From Escherichia coli (GTDB taxonomy: Bacteria > Pseudomonadota > Gammaproteobacteria > Enterobacterales > Enterobacteriaceae): a stretch of 64,000 nt of DNA. Below, in pieces: positions 1-17,647 of this stretch (the stretch's first letter is position 1; each line of letters starts with the position of its first letter). The notes beneath the pieces were generated by a model. It did not search any database. It was not told the DNA's origin and saw nothing but the letters and a program-made list of their open reading frames with translations. The stretch lies in the NCBI RefSeq assembly GCF_024502345.1, contig NZ_JALDNN010000001.1. The stretch is one strand, 5' to 3'. The position numbers and the translations under genes are program-made.

Positions 1-1
1 C

Positions 2-352
2 TACGGTCTGGTAGGGGTTATCGTTAAGATTGATGACCTGGGGTATTGGCTGGCGGAAAAATCCAGCGCGCTGATGCAGGCATTAGGTAAAGGGTTATTG
101 ATCATTGCGCCCTGGCTGATGAAAGCGTTATCGATTGTCGGCACGCTGGCGATGTTCCTCGTCGGCGGCGGGATTGTGGTACATGGTATTGCGCCGCTGC
201 ATCACGCCATTGAACATTTCGCCGGGCAGCAAAGTGCAGTGGTGGCGATGATATTACCGACTGTTTTAAATCTGATTCTTGGATTTATCATCGGCGGCAT
301 CGTGGTGCTGGGAGTGAAAGCCGTAGCGAAAATACGCGGTCAGGCACATTAA
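2..352 (+). CDS. yedI: Inner membrane protein YedI (DUF808), C-terminal part; 5' end lies outside the window
   Basis: Open frame runs from position 2 with no stop; hydrophobic membrane-protein sequence; conserved position next to yodC/dgcQ. Confidence 0.7.
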   Translation, partial: YGLVGVIVKIDDLGYWLAEKSSALMQALGKGLLIIAPWLMKALSIVGTLAMFLVGGGIVVHGIAPLHHAIEHFAGQQSAVVAMILPTVLNLILGFIIGGIVVLGVKAVAKIRGQAH

Positions 353-430
353 TACTCGCACAGGCTATTATGCAAAATTCGCCATCTTCAACTAAGGTGA
401 ACAAGTTTCACTCGAAAAAAGGAGGCGAGT

Positions 431-613
431 ATGAGCTTTATGGTTAGTGAGGAAGTTACGGTTAAAGAGGGCGGCCCGCGGATGATTGTCACCGGATACT
501 CCAGCGGTATGGTTGAGTGTCGTTGGTATGACGGTTACGGGGGCAAGCGGGAAGCTTTTCATGAAACCGAGCTTGTTCCGGGGGAGGGGAGTCGTTCTGC
601 GGAAGAAGTTTGA
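431..613 (+). CDS. yodC: Small protein YodC
   Basis: 60-aa ORF preceded by a GGAGG Shine-Dalgarno; conserved synteny. Confidence 0.65.
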   Translation: MSFMVSEEVTVKEGGPRMIVTGYSSGMVECRWYDGYGGKREAFHETELVPGEGSRSAEEV

Positions 614-768
614 AAGGGTATCATTAACACCAGGCCGGATCACTTCCGGCCTGGTGTGCCAATGCCTGCAATGAATGATAGTCGCGTCTTATCATGCCAC
701 CATTATAAAATTATCGCTGTTTTGCGGTACGCTATCGCCAGGTTATGCCAGAATCATAAAAAAGCAGG

Positions 769-3308
<2,540 letters not shown>

Positions 3309-3487
3309 TTACCAGGATGATTCTCAAAACAGCACAAATAATCAAAGATGATTTTTTCGGGAGCGATCCCGTTGACGCCAGAGCCACCAAGGGGTGACGC
3401 ACGTCACATTTCTATTCATAAGTAGCGTTAATCATTCATATCGCGAATATTTTCTTGTCAGCGAAAAAAATTGCGGATAAGGTGATG

Positions 3488-3574
3488 AACACATCAGATT
3501 TCCTGGTGTAACGAATTTTTTAAGTGCTTCTTGCTTAAGCAAGTTTCATCCCGACCCCCTCAGGGTCGGGATTT
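3488..3574 (+). ncRNA. dsrA: DsrA small regulatory RNA (Hfq-dependent regulator of rpoS and hns)
   Basis: Sequence AACACATCAGATTTCCTGGTGTAACGAATTTTTTAAGTGCTTCTTGCTTAAGCAAGTTTCATCCCGACCCCCTCAGGGTCGGGATTT matches DsrA as recalled, including the terminal intrinsic-terminator hairpin and T-run. Confidence 0.8.
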
Positions 3575-3587
3575 TTTTATTGTGCAT

Positions 3588-3815
3588 TCAACGATTCACT
3601 TCAGAGACGCTGAAGTCATGAATATCCAGTTCGAAGGCATCCGCCAATTCACGCCATGTATGATATTCACGTCCATCGACGCTAACGTGTTCAGAATCGT
3701 TCTGGCTGCGATGAACTTCGCTTTCGCTAATTTCATTGATCGCCGCCAGCAGGGCATCGACATCGACGCTGACCTCACGTTTTGCGGTATCGCTGTACTC
3801 TTTTGCGGTTTTCAT
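3588..3815 (-). CDS. yodD: Stress-induced small protein YodD
   Basis: ORF containing MKTAKEYSDTAKREV...; conserved location between dsrA and dsrB. Confidence 0.7.
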   Translation of the reverse strand: MKTAKEYSDTAKREVSVDVDALLAAINEISESEVHRSQNDSEHVSVDGREYHTWRELADAFELDIHDFSVSEVNR

Positions 3816-3887
3816 CATCTTTCCTCGCAACCGTTACTCTGTTGTTGCCGCCAGTCGTTAAGTCCGCCTGGCATCTCTTAAGTATAG

Positions 3888-4166
<279 letters not shown>

Positions 4167-4209
4167 TCTTATTCAGCCTGACTGGTGGGAAACCACCAGT
4201 CAGAATGTG

Positions 4210-4833
4210 TTAGCGCATGTTGACAAAAATACCATTAGTCACATTATCCGTCAGTCGGACGACATGGTAGATAACCTGTTTATTATGCGTTTTGATCTTA
4301 CGTTTAATATTACCTTTATGCGATGAAACGGTCTTGGCTTTGATATTCATTTGGTCAGAGATTTGAATGGTTCCCTGACCTGCCATCCACATTCGCAACA
4401 TACTCGATTCGGTTCGGCTCAATGATAACGTCGGCATATTTAAAAAAGAGGTTATCGTTGTCTCTTTTTTCAGAATATCGCCAAGGATATCGTCGAGAGA
4501 TTCCGGTTTAATCGATTTAGAACTTATCAATAAATTTTTTCTGACCAATAGATATTCATCAAAATGAACATTGGCAATTGCCATAAAAACGATAAATAAC
4601 GTATTGGGATGTTGATTAATGATGTGCTTGATGTGCTGACTGTTAGAAGCATCATGGATGAAACAGTCCTCATTAATAAACACCACTGAAGGGCGCTGTG
4701 AATCACAAGCTATGGCAAGGTCATCAACGGTTTCAATGTCGTTGATTTCTCTTTTTTTAACCCCTCTACTCAACAGATACCCGGTTAAACCTAGTCGGGT
4801 GTAACTACATAAATCCATAATAATCGTTGACAT
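4210..4833 (-). CDS. rcsA: Colanic acid capsule transcriptional activator RcsA (LuxR-type HTH)
   Basis: 207-aa [24 protein letters not shown]..., C-terminal LuxR-family HTH. Confidence 0.9.
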
Positions 4834-5117
4834 GGCATACCCTCACTCAATGCGTAACGATAATTCCCCTTACCTGAATATTTCATCATGACTAAACGGA
4901 ACAACATGGGTCACCTAATGCGCCACTCTCGCGATTTTTCAGGCGGACTTACTATCCCGTAAAGTGTTGTATAATTTGCCTGGAATTGTCTTAAAGTAAA
5001 TGTTGCGATATGTGAGTGAGCTTAAAACAAATATTTCGCCGCAGGAGTATCCTGGAAGATGTTCGTAGGTATTATTTTTCGGATAATCCTTAGGATAACA
5101 TGATAAACGTTACGGAA

Positions 5118-5903
5118 TTATATTAATGGCAATTCACTAATAATATCAGCCAGCAAATTAAACATCTCACTGAATAAATGTTCGCAAAAAGGTGCAATTA
5201 ACGGCATTAATGCCGCCATTAAAGAGATACCGACAGTCAGAGTTAATGGAAATCCAATAACAAAAATGGATAATTGCGGGGCCATACGATTCAGTAAACC
5301 TAATGCCAGATTCAGGGTCAGCAGCAGAGTAATGAGCGGTAACGCCAGCATCAGCCCGTTAAGGAAAATCAAACTCCCTGCTTTGGTGAGTGCCAGAAAC
5401 GCATTGCTGTTCAACGGTTCGCCACCAATTGGCAGGGTGTGAAAGGTATCGACCAGCAGTGAAATCAACCATAAATGACCATTAAATGTCAGGAACAGCA
5501 ATAACGCCAGCATATCCATGATACGGGCTAGAACGGGCATATTTAGATGGCTGGCCGGATCGACAAACGTCGCAAATGACAGCCCCATTTGCAGACCGAT
5601 AATTTCGCCAGCGGTTCGCACAGCGGCAAAGGCAAATTGCATGGTGAAACCAAGCGCAATGCCGATCAGGATCTGCTGCACGGCCAGCCACAGAGCAAAG
5701 AACGAAAAAACAGGAACATCGTTGGCAGGTAATGATGGGGCAATAGCGAACGTGATCATCATTGCCAGACCCAGTTTTACCCGTTTCGGCACGCTGCGTT
5801 CGCTCAGAATTGGCGCGGTAGAAATGAGCGCCAGCACGCGCAGTAACGGCCAGAAGTACAGACTTAGCCAGGAAAGCCATTGATCGCTTGTCACCTGCAT
5901 CAT
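5118..5903 (-). CDS. fliR: Flagellar export apparatus protein FliR
   Basis: 261-aa polytopic membrane protein; last gene of the fliL-R operon. Confidence 0.9.
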   Translation of the reverse strand: MMQVTSDQWLSWLSLYFWPLLRVLALISTAPILSERSVPKRVKLGLAMMITFAIAPSLPANDVPVFSFFALWLAVQQILIGIALGFTMQFAFAAVRTAGEIIGLQMGLSFATFVDPASHLNMPVLARIMDMLALLLFLTFNGHLWLISLLVDTFHTLPIGGEPLNSNAFLALTKAGSLIFLNGLMLALPLITLLLTLNLALGLLNRMAPQLSIFVIGFPLTLTVGISLMAALMPLIAPFCEHLFSEMFNLLADIISELPLI

Positions 5904-5911
5904 TGTACGGG

Positions 5912-6181
5912 CTACCCGATGATATACGGCAGGTTAGTGAACAAGGTGCGGACGTAATCCAGCAACAGATTGAGCATCCACGGTCCGGCAATAATAATGG
6001 CAATAAATACGGCGATGATTTTTGGAATAAACGACAGCGTCATTTCGTTGATCTGCGTGGCGGCCTGCAAAATACTGATGATAAGGCCCGTGACCAGCGC
6101 CACCAGCAACAGCGGGGCAGCCAGTGCCAGCGCGACTTTCATCGCTTCAGTCCCCATCATCATGACCGATTCAGGTGTCAT
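5912..6181 (-). CDS. fliQ: Flagellar export apparatus protein FliQ
   Basis: 89-aa membrane protein in conserved operon position. Confidence 0.9.
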   Translation of the reverse strand: MTPESVMMMGTEAMKVALALAAPLLLVALVTGLIISILQAATQINEMTLSFIPKIIAVFIAIIIAGPWMLNLLLDYVRTLFTNLPYIIG

Positions 6182-6190
6182 TTTGCCTCT

Positions 6191-6928
6191 CTAGCTGTAA
6201 AAGCTCTGCGCCAGCGAACCGACCAGCAATTGCCAGCCATCCACCAGTACAAACAGCATCAGTTTAAAGGGCAGAGCAATGGTGGCGGGGGGAACCATCA
6301 TCATCCCTAATGCCATCAACACGCTGGCTATCACCAGGTCGATAATCAAAAAAGGGATGAAAATCGTGAAGCCTATCTGAAATGCGGTTTTCAACTCGCT
6401 GGTCACGTAGGCCGGGAGCAAAATGCGCATCGGCACGGCTTCAGGTCCCTGCAACGGGCCGGTATTCGCCAGTCTGGCAAACAACCCTAAATCTGCCTCA
6501 CGGGTCTGACGCAGCATAAACTCACGCAGCGGCTGCGCCCCTTTTTCCAGCGCCTCCTGCATTGATATTTTCTCTTCGCTGAATGGCTGGTACGCATCGA
6601 CATAAATTTTGTCGATCACCGGTGACATAATAAAAAAGGTCAAAAACAGTGCCAGCCCCAGCAATACCTGGTTAGGTGGCGCGGAGGGTGTTCCCAGCGC
6701 GTTACGCAATAAACCAAAAACAATGATGATGCGGGTGAAACTGGTCATCATCAGTAAAATTGCCGGAATAAACGTCAACGAGGTGATGAACACCAGCGTC
6801 TGCACCGGGAGCGACCAGCTTTGTCCACCGCCAGGCAGCGGCTGGCTGGTGATACCCGGCAGTTGCGCGAAGGCGAGGGGCGTAATCAGCCAGAGAAGGA
6901 CAGGTGCGACAGACAATAAACGACGCAT
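6191..6928 (-). CDS. fliP: Flagellar export apparatus protein FliP
   Basis: 245-aa ORF with signal peptide and conserved FliP core. Confidence 0.9.
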   Translation of the reverse strand: MRRLLSVAPVLLWLITPLAFAQLPGITSQPLPGGGQSWSLPVQTLVFITSLTFIPAILLMMTSFTRIIIVFGLLRNALGTPSAPPNQVLLGLALFLTFFIMSPVIDKIYVDAYQPFSEEKISMQEALEKGAQPLREFMLRQTREADLGLFARLANTGPLQGPEAVPMRILLPAYVTSELKTAFQIGFTIFIPFLIIDLVIASVLMALGMMMVPPATIALPFKLMLFVLVDGWQLLVGSLAQSFYS

Positions 6929-7293
6929 CAGGATCTCCCGCTACGCTTAAGCAAATTTTTCATGACCGACTGAAAATCGGTCTGCGGTATCTCTTCTGTT
7001 GGTGCAGAAGGGGGAAGTTTATGCAGCAGATTGATTTGCCCTGCGGTAACGCCGAGCACCAGCCGTGCATCATCCACATCGACCACCACAACCCGTTCAC
7101 GCGCGCCCAGCGAAGCACTGGCGCTAATTTTCAGACCGTTAACGCCAGTGCGTTTAGGGACAAATCCCAACCGTTTTACCAGCCAGGCAGCAGCGAGGAT
7201 CAGGGCAATAATGGCGATGAGTGCGCCGCTCACCTGCAGCAGTGGCGCAGCAGAAACCGGCGCGGAAGATTGCACAGTAGCGTGGTTATTCAT
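6928..7293 (-). CDS. fliO: Flagellar biosynthesis protein FliO
   Basis: About 121-aa single-pass membrane protein; operon position. Confidence 0.85.
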   Translation of the reverse strand: MNNHATVQSSAPVSAAPLLQVSGALIAIIALILAAAWLVKRLGFVPKRTGVNGLKISASASLGARERVVVVDVDDARLVLGVTAGQINLLHKLPPSAPTEEIPQTDFQSVMKNLLKRSGRS

Positions 7294-7295
7294 CA

Positions 7296-7709
7296 CTAAC
7301 GGCTCAGGCGGCGCATTCGCTCAGACGGAGTAATGATATCGGTGATCCGCACGCCATATTTATCGGCAACGACCACCACTTCGCCCTGGGCAATTAAATA
7401 ACCGTTGATCAGAATATCCAGTGGTTCGCCCGCCAGACCGTCCAGCGCCACGACGGACCCTTGCGTCAGACGCAACAGCTCTTTGATGGTCATCCGCGTA
7501 CGGCCCAGCTCGACGGTCAGCTTGACCGGAATATCCATAATCAGGTCGATATCCTGCAACGTTCCGCTGACATCACCACCGCCAAATTGCTGGAACACCG
7601 CGTCGGCAGCGCTTTTGCTGCTGGTTGATTTTTGTTCGCTCAAAGCTTCAGCCCACAGATCGTCCATTGCGCCGTTGTTGTCATCGGCCGGATTATTCAT
7701 GTCACTCAT
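7296..7709 (-). CDS. fliN: Flagellar motor switch protein FliN
   Basis: 137-aa ORF with SpoA-like C-terminal domain. Confidence 0.9.
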   Translation of the reverse strand: MSDMNNPADDNNGAMDDLWAEALSEQKSTSSKSAADAVFQQFGGGDVSGTLQDIDLIMDIPVKLTVELGRTRMTIKELLRLTQGSVVALDGLAGEPLDILINGYLIAQGEVVVVADKYGVRITDIITPSERMRRLSR

Positions 7710-8710
7710 TTGGGCTGTTCCTCGTTCAGAGAATTTAAAATCGGGTTAATCAAATGTTCTATCCGTAACGCATACTGACCGTTGAGGGTGCCGTACTGAC
7801 TGGTCAGTACCGGAACGCCGTCAACATGAGCGATGATGCGATCGGGTTTTTCTATCGGCAGGACGTCGCCGGGTTTCAGTTTTAAAATCTGCGACAGGCG
7901 TAGCGAGATATCGGCAAAGTTGGCGACCAACTCCAGCTGTGAATGCTGCACCTGGCGCACCAGGTTATCGCGCCAGTTCTGATCTTCATTACGCGAGTTT
8001 TCCAGCGGCGGGTTAACCAACAATTCCCGTAGCGGCTCGATCATGCTGAATGGCAGACAGATATTAAATTCGCCGGTCAGGTTGCCAATCTCCACATGGA
8101 ACGGCGTGTTAACCACAATGTCGTTCGGCGAGGTGGTGATATTGGTAAATTTCACCTGCATTTCCGAACGCACGTACTCAACTTCCAGCGGATTAATCGC
8201 CTTCCAGGCGTCGCTATAGCCTTCAAGCGCCAGCTTTAACATGCGGTTGATGACGCGCTGTTCGGTATGGGTAAACTCGCGACCTTCCACTTTGGTCGGG
8301 AAGCGTCCATCGCCGCCAAACAGGTTATCCACGGCGATAAACACCAGACTCGGTGAAAACACCACCAGCCCTGTGCCGCGCAGCGGTTTCAGATGGATAA
8401 GGTTCAGGTTGGTCGGCACCGGCAGGTTGCGGGCAAATTCATGGTACGGCTGAATGCGGATGGACCCGACGGTTATATCCGGGCTACGACGCAGCAGGTT
8501 GAACAGCCCCATACGAAAATGGCGGGCAAAGCGCTCATTAATGATTTCCAGCGCCTGCAAACGTTCGCGCACAACCCGTCGTTGGGTATTCGGATCGTAC
8601 GGACGAATGTCACTTTCGCCGCTAACACTGGCTGTCGGTTCGTCTTTGACTTCGCTGTCACCATTCAACAGCGCATCAATTTCAGCTTGAGAAAGAATAC
8701 TATCGCCCAT
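7706..8710 (-). CDS. fliM: Flagellar motor switch protein FliM; start taken at MGDSILSQAEIDALL, the longer ORF-track start is probably spurious
   Basis: Conserved FliM N-terminus and length (about 334 aa); overlaps the fliN start. Confidence 0.9.
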   Translation of the reverse strand: MGDSILSQAEIDALLNGDSEVKDEPTASVSGESDIRPYDPNTQRRVVRERLQALEIINERFARHFRMGLFNLLRRSPDITVGSIRIQPYHEFARNLPVPTNLNLIHLKPLRGTGLVVFSPSLVFIAVDNLFGGDGRFPTKVEGREFTHTEQRVINRMLKLALEGYSDAWKAINPLEVEYVRSEMQVKFTNITTSPNDIVVNTPFHVEIGNLTGEFNICLPFSMIEPLRELLVNPPLENSRNEDQNWRDNLVRQVQHSQLELVANFADISLRLSQILKLKPGDVLPIEKPDRIIAHVDGVPVLTSQYGTLNGQYALRIEHLINPILNSLNEEQPK

Positions 8711-8714
8711 GTCG

Positions 8715-9179
8715 TTATCGCAGAATAAAAGCGGTATACAGCACGTCGGTGACATCCTGTTTCGGTTGCCCGGCAACAAGCGGGGTGGAAAGCGTGGTTT
8801 TAATCTCGGCAATCAGGTTTTTCTTGCCTTCTTCTGTCGCCAGTACGGCAGCATCCTGACGCGAAAACAGTAACAGCAAACGGCTACGGACTTCCGGCAA
8901 ATACTCACTCAGCCGCGAGCGGGTAGCTTCATCTTTCAGGCGCAGGGTTATGCCGATATAAAGTACGCGATCTGCATCGCCCAGATTGACCGTAAAGGTA
9001 TCCAGCGCATAGAAGACCGGGGAGGGCACGACGCGTTGCTGCGCTTTGTCGTCAGCGGCAACCTGATGCGAATGCCAGTAGCTGTAACCTGCGCTGGCAC
9101 AGGCCGCGAGGGTAATGAATACCAGAATCGGGATCCAAAGCGATCGCTTGCTTTTCTTGCTTATCGCGTAATCAGTCAT
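8715..9179 (-). CDS. fliL: Flagellar basal-body-associated protein FliL
   Basis: 154-aa single-pass membrane protein; first gene of the fliL operon. Confidence 0.9.
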   Translation of the reverse strand: MTDYAISKKSKRSLWIPILVFITLAACASAGYSYWHSHQVAADDKAQQRVVPSPVFYALDTFTVNLGDADRVLYIGITLRLKDEATRSRLSEYLPEVRSRLLLLFSRQDAAVLATEEGKKNLIAEIKTTLSTPLVAGQPKQDVTDVLYTAFILR

Positions 9180-9283
9180 GTGTTGCGGTCTTCCTGTGTC
9201 GCTACTGCTTATCGGCTAATTATCCTGCGTCTTGAGCGCAACAAAGCGGGGAAAAGACGCGGATTACGGTGCTACCTCTGACG

Positions 9284-10411
9284 TTAGGCGAAAATATCAA
9301 CGCCGCTGTTGCCTGTTACACGTACTTGTAAAGAGACGGGAACCGGAAGCGTATCGTCGTCTTCCCCCGCCAGAGGTTCATGGTTTGCTGTGCGTTGGCT
9401 TTGCTGTTGCTGGGAAGCGGCCTGCTGCTGACCACTAAAGCTTTCGCCACTGATGTTGCTTTGCCCTAACTGAATGCCACTTTCGGCCAGCTGCGTTCGC
9501 AGTACCGGAAGCGCTGCTTCCAGGGCGGCGCGTACGTGTTGATGCGGTGAAACCATCTGGATTTGCGCCTGGTTATCATCCACTTTGAGGGAGATTTGCA
9601 CTTCACCTAAATCCTGCGGGTGCAGACGCAACTCTGCACTTTGTTGCCCCTGGCGGGTGAACAGCGAAATATGCTGGCTTAATGATTGTTGCCATTCGTG
9701 AGAACCCAGCGGTGCACTCAACACAGGCGCGGCGACGGTGGGCAGTGGCTGTGTCTGGTGTGGAGTGATTAGCGGGCTGGCGGCAGCGGTCACCGGTGAA
9801 GGTGTGCTGATGACTTCCGCTTTACCCTGGGCTTCTGCTACCAGCGGTGTTAATGGCTGAGCTGGCGTGCCGGGGGCATCATCAGGCTGTGCTGTTGTGA
9901 GTTGCGCAGAAGTCAGTTTTGTGAAGAGCGTTGGTTTCTCTGCCGGTAACACGGTTGACGGCACATCAGTCACTTTGGGCGTATTGTCAAAACCCGGCAA
10001 CATCGCAAAAAGGGCGCTCAGGCTTGCGGTGACGTCTTCATTCAGATCATCCGCTTTTTCGTCTTTTGCCGTATTGTTGCCAGCCACCGCAGCCAACGTC
10101 ATCGTTTGAGCGGTGGTTAATGGTGTTGATGTGGATTGTTCGTCGTTGATGACAGGCGGTGTTTCATCCACAGGGATCAGTAAATCCGCTTGTTGCGCAT
10201 CGGCAAGAATCTCGCTGACCAGCGGCTCGCCTTTTGTCGTGGGCTTATCTGTTGCCACCAGCAACTGGGGGGCCGCTTTGTCGGTAGTTGTCTCGCCTGC
10301 TAATGCTTCGCTCAACAACGCGAGAAAATCTTGTGCAGCATCGCTGGCTTTGCCGCCAGGCAATGTGGTGGTGTCAACGTCGGCGGTAATTAAGGGCGCT
10401 AAGCGAATCAT
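9284..10411 (-). CDS. fliK: Flagellar hook-length control protein FliK
   Basis: 375-aa Pro/Thr/Gln-rich protein with conserved C-terminal domain. Confidence 0.9.
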   Translation of the reverse strand: MIRLAPLITADVDTTTLPGGKASDAAQDFLALLSEALAGETTTDKAAPQLLVATDKPTTKGEPLVSEILADAQQADLLIPVDETPPVINDEQSTSTPLTTAQTMTLAAVAGNNTAKDEKADDLNEDVTASLSALFAMLPGFDNTPKVTDVPSTVLPAEKPTLFTKLTSAQLTTAQPDDAPGTPAQPLTPLVAEAQGKAEVISTPSPVTAAASPLITPHQTQPLPTVAAPVLSAPLGSHEWQQSLSQHISLFTRQGQQSAELRLHPQDLGEVQISLKVDDNQAQIQMVSPHQHVRAALEAALPVLRTQLAESGIQLGQSNISGESFSGQQQAASQQQQSQRTANHEPLAGEDDDTLPVPVSLQVRVTGNSGVDIFA

Positions 10412-10851
10412 TCAGGTTTCCTCATGGCGGCGCGCTGGGCGAACTCATCCATCTTTTTCTGATCGAGGCGGTTTTCTGCAAGCAGTGCCGCCGTGGATTG
10501 CCGTTCCTGCAGTGTCTGCCAGGCCTGCAAACGTTGTTTCTTTTCTCGCCAGCTGTTCAGGGCAATGTCAACTTTCTGCGTCCACTGATTAAGTTGCTGG
10601 CGATGCTGAGTAATGGCTTTTTCCAGCGTCTGGATAAACTGCTGATAGTTGATCCAGCGGTTGCTGGTCATCCCGGCACTCATATCGCTGTTGAGGTTAT
10701 TGCGATATTCATTCTGATAATCGATCAGCATTTTGAGCTGTTCTTCCGCCTGCTGACACCCGCGACGCATTTCACCCAGCAGGCGCGCGGCATCCTCTAC
10801 CTCTTTTTCTGCCAGATCTTTCAGGGTCGCCAGCGCGCCATGTTCTGCCAT
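10408..10851 (-). CDS. fliJ: Flagellar export chaperone/stalk protein FliJ
   Basis: 147-aa coiled-coil protein. Confidence 0.9.
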   Translation of the reverse strand: MAEHGALATLKDLAEKEVEDAARLLGEMRRGCQQAEEQLKMLIDYQNEYRNNLNSDMSAGMTSNRWINYQQFIQTLEKAITQHRQQLNQWTQKVDIALNSWREKKQRLQAWQTLQERQSTAALLAENRLDQKKMDEFAQRAAMRKPE

Positions 10852-10869
10852 CTGCCGTTATCTCCTGGG

Positions 10870-12242
10870 TTATGACACTGTCGGGAAAATACGCTTCAGC
10901 CCCTGGAGAGACGCTTCCCAGTCCGCGCGTTCAAAAATGCCTTGTTGCAAATAGCCCTCCAGCTGCGGCCACAGGGCGATGGCTTTGTCGAGCATCGGAT
11001 CGCTGCCTTTGGCATACGCGCCGACGCTAACCAGATCGCGGTTACGCTGAAAACTCGACAACAGCTGTTTGAAGGTGCGCACTCGCGCGTAATGTTGCTC
11101 ACTGATCAACGCCGTCATTGCGCGGCTGATCGACGCTTCAATATCGATAGCCGGATAGTGCCCGGCTTCCGCCAGTCGGCGAGACAGCACAATGTGACCG
11201 TCGAGGATTGCCCGCGCAGAGTCGGCAATGGGGTCCTGCTGGTCATCGCCTTCAGTGAGCACGGTATAAAACGCGGTAATCGATCCGCCGCCGCTAATGC
11301 CATTTCCGGCACGCTCGACCAGTGCCGGTAATTTGGCAAACACCGACGGGGGATAACCTTTAGTGGCGGGTGGTTCGCCAATCGCCAGCGCAATTTCACG
11401 CTGGGCCATCGCGTAGCGGGTGAGGGAGTCCATAATCAGCAACACATGCTGACCACGATCGCGAAAATCTTCGGCAATGCGCGTGGCATAGGCGGCACCC
11501 TGCATTCGCAGGAGAGGAGAAACATCCGCCGGAGCGGCAATCACCACGGAGCGTGCACGCCCTTCGGCACCGAGGATATTCTCAATAAAATCTTTTACTT
11601 CGCGTCCGCGTTCACCAATCAAACCCACGACAATGACATCGGCGCGGGTGTAACGTGCCATCATCCCCAGCAGCACACTTTTACCAACGCCGGACCCGGC
11701 AAACAGCCCCATACGCTGCCCACGCCCAACGGTAAGCAGGGCATTGATTGGGCGCACGCCGGTGTCCAGCACATGTTCAATCGGTGTACGTTGCAACGGG
11801 TTAAATGGCGGGGTAATCAGCGCACCGGTTTCCGTCGTATCGGGGGAGGGCAGGCCATCGAGTGGCTTACCGCTGCCGTCCAGAACGCGACCTAATAACG
11901 CCGGACCGAGCGGCAACTGCTTGCTGCTTTGCAGTCCTTCAGCCGAAATGTTTTTGGCATAAACCCGCGCGCCGGGCAGGACACCTTCCACTTCCTCCAG
12001 CGGCATTAAAAACAGCCGTTGACCGTTAAAGCCAACGACTTCGCTTTCTACTTCGTGCGTTTCGCTGCCGTTCTGGCGTTCAATGACACAGGTTGCGCCG
12101 AGCGGCAATTGTAATCCGGTGGCTTCCAGCACCAGCCCGGTAGCGCGGGTTAATCGCCCATAGCGACGTACCGCAGGCAACTGCGCCATTTTGGCTTCAA
12201 AGTTATCCAGCGTGGTTAGCCAGCGAGTCAGGCGCGTGGTCA

Positions 12243-12243
<1 letters not shown>
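10870..12243 (-). CDS. fliI: Flagellum-specific ATPase FliI
   Basis: 457-aa ORF with Walker A GSGVGKS and F1-ATPase-like core. Confidence 0.95.
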
Positions 12244-15568
<3,325 letters not shown>

Positions 15569-15782
15569 CGCGCACCTCGTGGCTGATTATGGACGGCGTT
15601 ATTGGCAAAGTGGAACAAGACTCACTCCCGGGTCAGCAAACTCGAAAAATTGACGCTGCCATTATTTGTGCTTTCGTTTTTTTCTATCCGCCAATAAACC
15701 CGTTTTTTTGTTGCTATTTAGCGCCTTTGTCTTATTGACTTACTGGTAGGCTTTGCTACCAGAAATTATCCAGGAGACGAAA
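15569..15782. promoter_or_regulatory. Divergent fliF / fliE promoter region (class 2, FlhDC-dependent, by established knowledge of the flagellar regulon)
   Basis: Intergenic region between divergently oriented fliF and fliE; individual sites not mapped here. Confidence 0.5.
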
Positions 15783-16097
15783 ATGTCAGCGATACAGGGG
15801 ATTGAAGGGGTTATCAGCCAGTTACAGGCTACGGCGATGAGTGCGCGTGCGCAGGATTCACTGCCGCAACCGACCATTAGTTTTGCCGGGCAGCTGCACG
15901 CCGCGCTCGATCGCATTAGCGATACACAAACAGCTGCCCGCACGCAGGCAGAAAAATTCACCCTCGGTGAACCCGGCGTGGCGTTAAACGATGTGATGAC
16001 CGATATGCAAAAAGCCTCAGTTTCTATGCAAATGGGGATTCAGGTGCGTAATAAGCTGGTGGCGGCGTATCAGGAAGTGATGTCCATGCAGGTGTAG
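15783..16097 (+). CDS. fliE: Flagellar hook-basal body protein FliE
   Basis: [16 protein letters not shown]... about 104 aa; ORF-track start is 10 codons upstream. Confidence 0.85.
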
Positions 16098-16299
16098 GTT
16101 TTGTAACCTGTTGTTAATTACTTCCAATCTCACCGCTTGGGGCATGGATGGGGCAAACTCACTCAATTTCTGGTTTAAAATGGATACCTGATCCTGAAAG
16201 TTTTCTGCCATCCACGATCCGTAAACGCGATAACATGTTTTGTCGGTGATGCTGCCAACTTACTGATTTAGTGTATGATGGTGTTTTTGAGGTGCTCCA

Positions 16300-16575
16300 G
16301 TGGCTTCTGTTTCTATCAGCTGTCCCTCCTGTTCAGCTACTGACGGGGTGGTGCGTAACGGCAAAAGCACCGCCGGACATCAGCGCTATCTCTGCTCTCA
16401 CTGCCGTAAAACATGGCAACTGCAGTTCACTTACACCGCTTCTCAACCCGGTACGCACCAGAAAATCATTGATATGGCCATGAATGGCGTTGGATGCCGG
16501 GCAACCGCCCGCATTATGGGCGTTGGCCTCAACACGATTTTCCGCCATTTAAAAAACTCAGGCCGCAGTCGGTAA
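16300..16575 (+). CDS. insA: IS1 InsA (transposition inhibitor / N-terminal part of transposase)
   Basis: 91-aa [46 protein letters not shown]... Confidence 0.9.
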   Translation: MASVSISCPSCSATDGVVRNGKSTAGHQRYLCSHCRKTWQLQFTYTASQPGTHQKIIDMAMNGVGCRATARIMGVGLNTIFRHLKNSGRSR

Positions 16576-16997
16576 CCTCGCGCATACAGCCGGGCAGTGA
16601 CGTCATCGTCTGCGCGGAAATGGACGAACAGTGGGGATACGTCGGGGCTAAATCGCGCCAGCGCTGGCTGTTTTACGCGTATGACAGGCTCCGGAAGACG
16701 GTTGTTGCGCACGTATTCGGTGAACGCACTATGGCGACGCTGGGGCGTCTTATGAGCCTGCTGTCACCCTTTGACGTGGTGATATGGATGACGGATGGCT
16801 GGCCGCTGTATGAATCCCGCCTGAAGGGAAAGCTGCACGTAATCAGCAAGCGATATACGCAGCGAATTGAGCGGCATAACCTGAATCTGAGGCAGCACCT
16901 GGCACGGCTGGGACGGAAGTCGCTGTCGTTCTCAAAATCGGTGGAGCTGCATGACAAAGTCATCGGGCATTATCTGAACATAAAACACTATCAATAA
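16494..16997 (+). CDS. insB: IS1 InsB frame (expressed as the InsAB' fusion)
   Basis: 167-aa ORF in the -1 frame relative to insA, inside IS1. Confidence 0.9.
   Translation: MPGNRPHYGRWPQHDFPPFKKLRPQSVTSRIQPGSDVIVCAEMDEQWGYVGAKSRQRWLFYAYDRLRKTVVAHVFGERTMATLGRLMSLLSPFDVVIWMTDGWPLYESRLKGKLHVISKRYTQRIERHNLNLRQHLARLGRKSLSFSKSVELHDKVIGHYLNIKHYQ
16551..16557 (+). promoter_or_regulatory. IS1 programmed -1 ribosomal frameshift motif (AAAAAAC) generating the InsAB' transposase
   Basis: A6C heptamer at the insA/insB overlap. Confidence 0.75.
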
Positions 16998-17352
16998 GTT
17001 GGAGTCATTACCTTGCGTAAGATAGATGAGACAAACTGAGACGCATAATGGTTTGCAAGGCTCTAATACTTTGATGTTGAGGATGTGATGGGGCATGTAC
17101 GGGGCATAGTACAATGATGTCCATGCTGGTGTAGATAATCTCCAGGCTTATCCGGTGCGCCGTAAAACCCCGTCCTTCAGGGCAGGGATATAAGGCGTGG
17201 TTTTCCACCTAACCAGGTGTTTGCTGTTGTTCAATGTATTGGCGGATGACGGATATTGGCGCACCTCCGCAGCTACTGGCAAAATAGCCAGCACTCCACA
17301 AAACGCCTTTGTAGTAATACCTGACTGCAATATCTGGTCGATCTCGTCGCAG

Positions 17353-17640
17353 TCACCTACCCGATACGCCTTTGAGGCTGTTTACCAGACTGGATATCGC
17401 CAGTTTGGGAGGATAGTTAATTAACAAATGGACGTGATCTGGTTCGCCATCCATTTCAACCAGTTCAGCTTCAAAATCAGCACATACATTTGAAAAGTAA
17501 GTGCGTAGTTTTTCTGTCGCGTCATGGTCAAAAATCTGACGTCGGTATCTGGTGACAAAGACCAGGTGAACATGCATCAGGAAAACACAATGCCTTCCAC
17601 GCCGGATATCGGTTTCTTTTTTCACAGACCAAAGTATCAT
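17353..17640 (-). pseudogene. tnpA: IS200/IS605-family transposase TnpA, C-terminally truncated (HuH motif present, catalytic Tyr region missing)
   Basis: 95-aa ORF with the HuH motif HVHLL; IS200-type TnpA normally continues for about 50 more residues including the catalytic tyrosine. Confidence 0.6.
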
Positions 17641-17647
17641 TTGGCCT

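Larger units (their letters stand above)
16245..17012 (+). mobile_element. IS1 insertion sequence, complete 768 bp
   Basis: Begins GGTGATGCTGCCAACTTACTGAT and ends ...ATCAATAAGTTGGAGTCATTACC (IS1 terminal inverted repeats); contains insA and insB; flanking 9-mers differ (TGTTTTGTC vs TTGCGTAAG), so no target-site duplication. Confidence 0.9.

Noticed and set aside
3533-3577. Apparent orphan intrinsic terminator between yedP and yodD
   Set aside because: It is the 3' terminator hairpin of the DsrA sRNA, not a free-standing terminator.
5482-6310. ORFs of 121-173 aa overlapping fliR/fliQ on either strand
   Set aside because: Nested within or antisense to conserved membrane-protein genes; low-complexity Arg/Cys-rich translations typical of spurious frames.
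9867-10592. Plus-strand ORFs (80 and 159 aa) antisense to fliK/fliJ
   Set aside because: Ser/Ala-rich low-complexity translations opposite the repetitive fliK sequence; no independent signals.
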